A stretch of 63,986 bases of DNA, the filler included, from Octopus bimaculoides (lineage: Eukaryota), in NCBI RefSeq assembly GCF_001194135.2. It is 6 parts of 4 records of this genome, joined end to end, with 100 filler letters (N's around TTAATTAATTAA, not from the genome) between each part and the next. Parts side by side here need not be neighbours in the genome. Positions count along the whole stretch, not along the records: positions 62,590 to 63,986 come from NW_026361526.1; 5 more parts are not named here. One strand, given 5' to 3'. Below the pieces are notes generated by a model, which was given only the letters and a program-made list of their open reading frames with translations, made no database searches and had not been told where the DNA came from. Position 1 is the stretch's first letter. Each line of letters opens with the position of its first letter. Below, in pieces: positions 62,617 through 63,986 of the stretch. Both the position numbers and the translations under genes were made by a program.

Positions 62617-63574
62617 ATCCTTTCTACTAAACGCACAAGGTCTGAAATTTGTGGGGACGGGGGCTAGTTGATTGCATCAACCCCCAGTGTTTCACAAGTA
62701 CTTAATTTATCGAATGAAAGGCAAAGTCGACCCTGGCGGAATTTGAACTCAGAAAGTAAAGACAGACGAAATGACACTAAGCATTTTGTCCAGCGTGCTA
62801 ACGATTCAGCCAGCTCGCTACTTTTAGCTTTTAATTAGTAATGGTTACAAATTTTGAAACCATTCTCAAGACCTCAATGCTTGAGCGATAAAATAAAGTA
62901 CCAGTCAAGTACTGGCACCGATGTAATCGACCTGCATCACCACCACCACCACCACTATCCTCACCTAAAAATGGCTGGCTTTGTGTCAACATTAGAATAA
63001 TAATGGTTTCATATTTTTGTACACAGCCAAATTTTTTAAGGGGCGGAGCGGAAGATAGCTGATTACACCCTACTCCAGTGCTCAACTGATCCTCATTTTT
63101 TTTTGACCCTCGATAGAATGAAAGACAAAGTCGATCTCAACGGAATTTGAATTTAGAACGTTAAGACGGACGAAATGACGCTAAGCATTTTGTCCGGCGT
63201 GCTAACGACTCTACTAGCTGAACGCCTCCTTCGTTCTTATTAATAACGCGACAATAACTTTTTTCTGGGAAAATCTGAAGCATTGACACCTACTAACTTA
63301 TTTGGGGCACTTAGCTCTGTTTTTAGTATGGAAATGCAGAGGTATGGCTCTGGGAGGTTACGAGGCTCATTTTGCGACCATATGGTTTCGGATTCAGTCC
63401 CAGTGCACAGCAAGGGTCCTCTACTATAGCCTCTGGCCGATCAATATCTTGTGAGTGAATTAAATCGAAGGAAACTATGCGGAAGCTCGTCATTGTGTGT
63501 CTTCGTATTTGTTAGGCCTAGCGATGGATAACCGGTGTTGATTTGTCTGGGTACCCAGTTTGGCCGTCCGGCAC

Positions 63575-63607
<33 letters not shown>

Positions 63608-63735
63608 GCCGATAAAATAAATACCAGATTTTTGAAAACAAAGAAGTACAGTGGGGCGGTGATTTGTTCAACTAGCCCCTTAAAGGCGATGCTCCAACAT
63701 GGCCGCAGTCCAATGACTGAAGCAAATAAAAATAA
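62617..63735. mobile_element. SINE cluster: three family B copies (62617-63230) and one family A copy (63336-63735 +)
   Basis: Diagnostic motifs. Confidence 0.8.
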
Positions 63736-63986
63736 CAATAAATATATAAAACGCGCGCAATATAACCCTAACCCTAACCCAACTCCTTTCCTTTCTTTTT
63801 TGTATTTATTGATTCCTAAATACTTGTAAGTTTGTGTTTAATTCTCTTATCTTCGTTTTATTATCTAAAATTATTATATTAGTACTTTTTTTTATTGCTG
63901 CCACCGCTATCACCACAACCCTCACCACCACCACCAACACCACCACCACCACCACTACCACCACCACCACTACCACCACCACCTGC

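Overview
AT-rich, gap-riddled eukaryotic (animal) genomic DNA. The repeat landscape suggests a coleoid cephalopod, probably Octopus (inference, not a database match). Five identical artificial spacers (N44-TTAATTAATTAA-N44) split the window into six pieces whose adjacency may not be biological. Most sequence is made of several tRNA-derived SINE families, microsatellites, decayed non-LTR retrotransposons (CR1/Jockey-like, RTE with a PHD finger, R4/Dong-like with a restriction-like endonuclease), Tc1/mariner fossils (DD37D maT and Tc1) and MITEs. The only convincing host coding sequence is two minus-strand exons (44148-44287 and 35381-35479). They splice in frame to give the C-terminus of an ADP-ribosylglycohydrolase of the selenoprotein J / crystallin J1 type. 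The most notable non-coding signal is two dispersed repeat families carrying minimal type-I hammerhead ribozyme motifs with palindromic stem III, as described for Penelope-like elements and retrozymes. One family has a canonical core (9677-9723, decayed and inverted copies at 28.4-29.2 kb); the other has a non-canonical CUGU core (three copies). Nearly all ORFs in the supplied track are microsatellite or N-gap artefacts. No rRNA, genuine tRNA gene or CRISPR array is seen.
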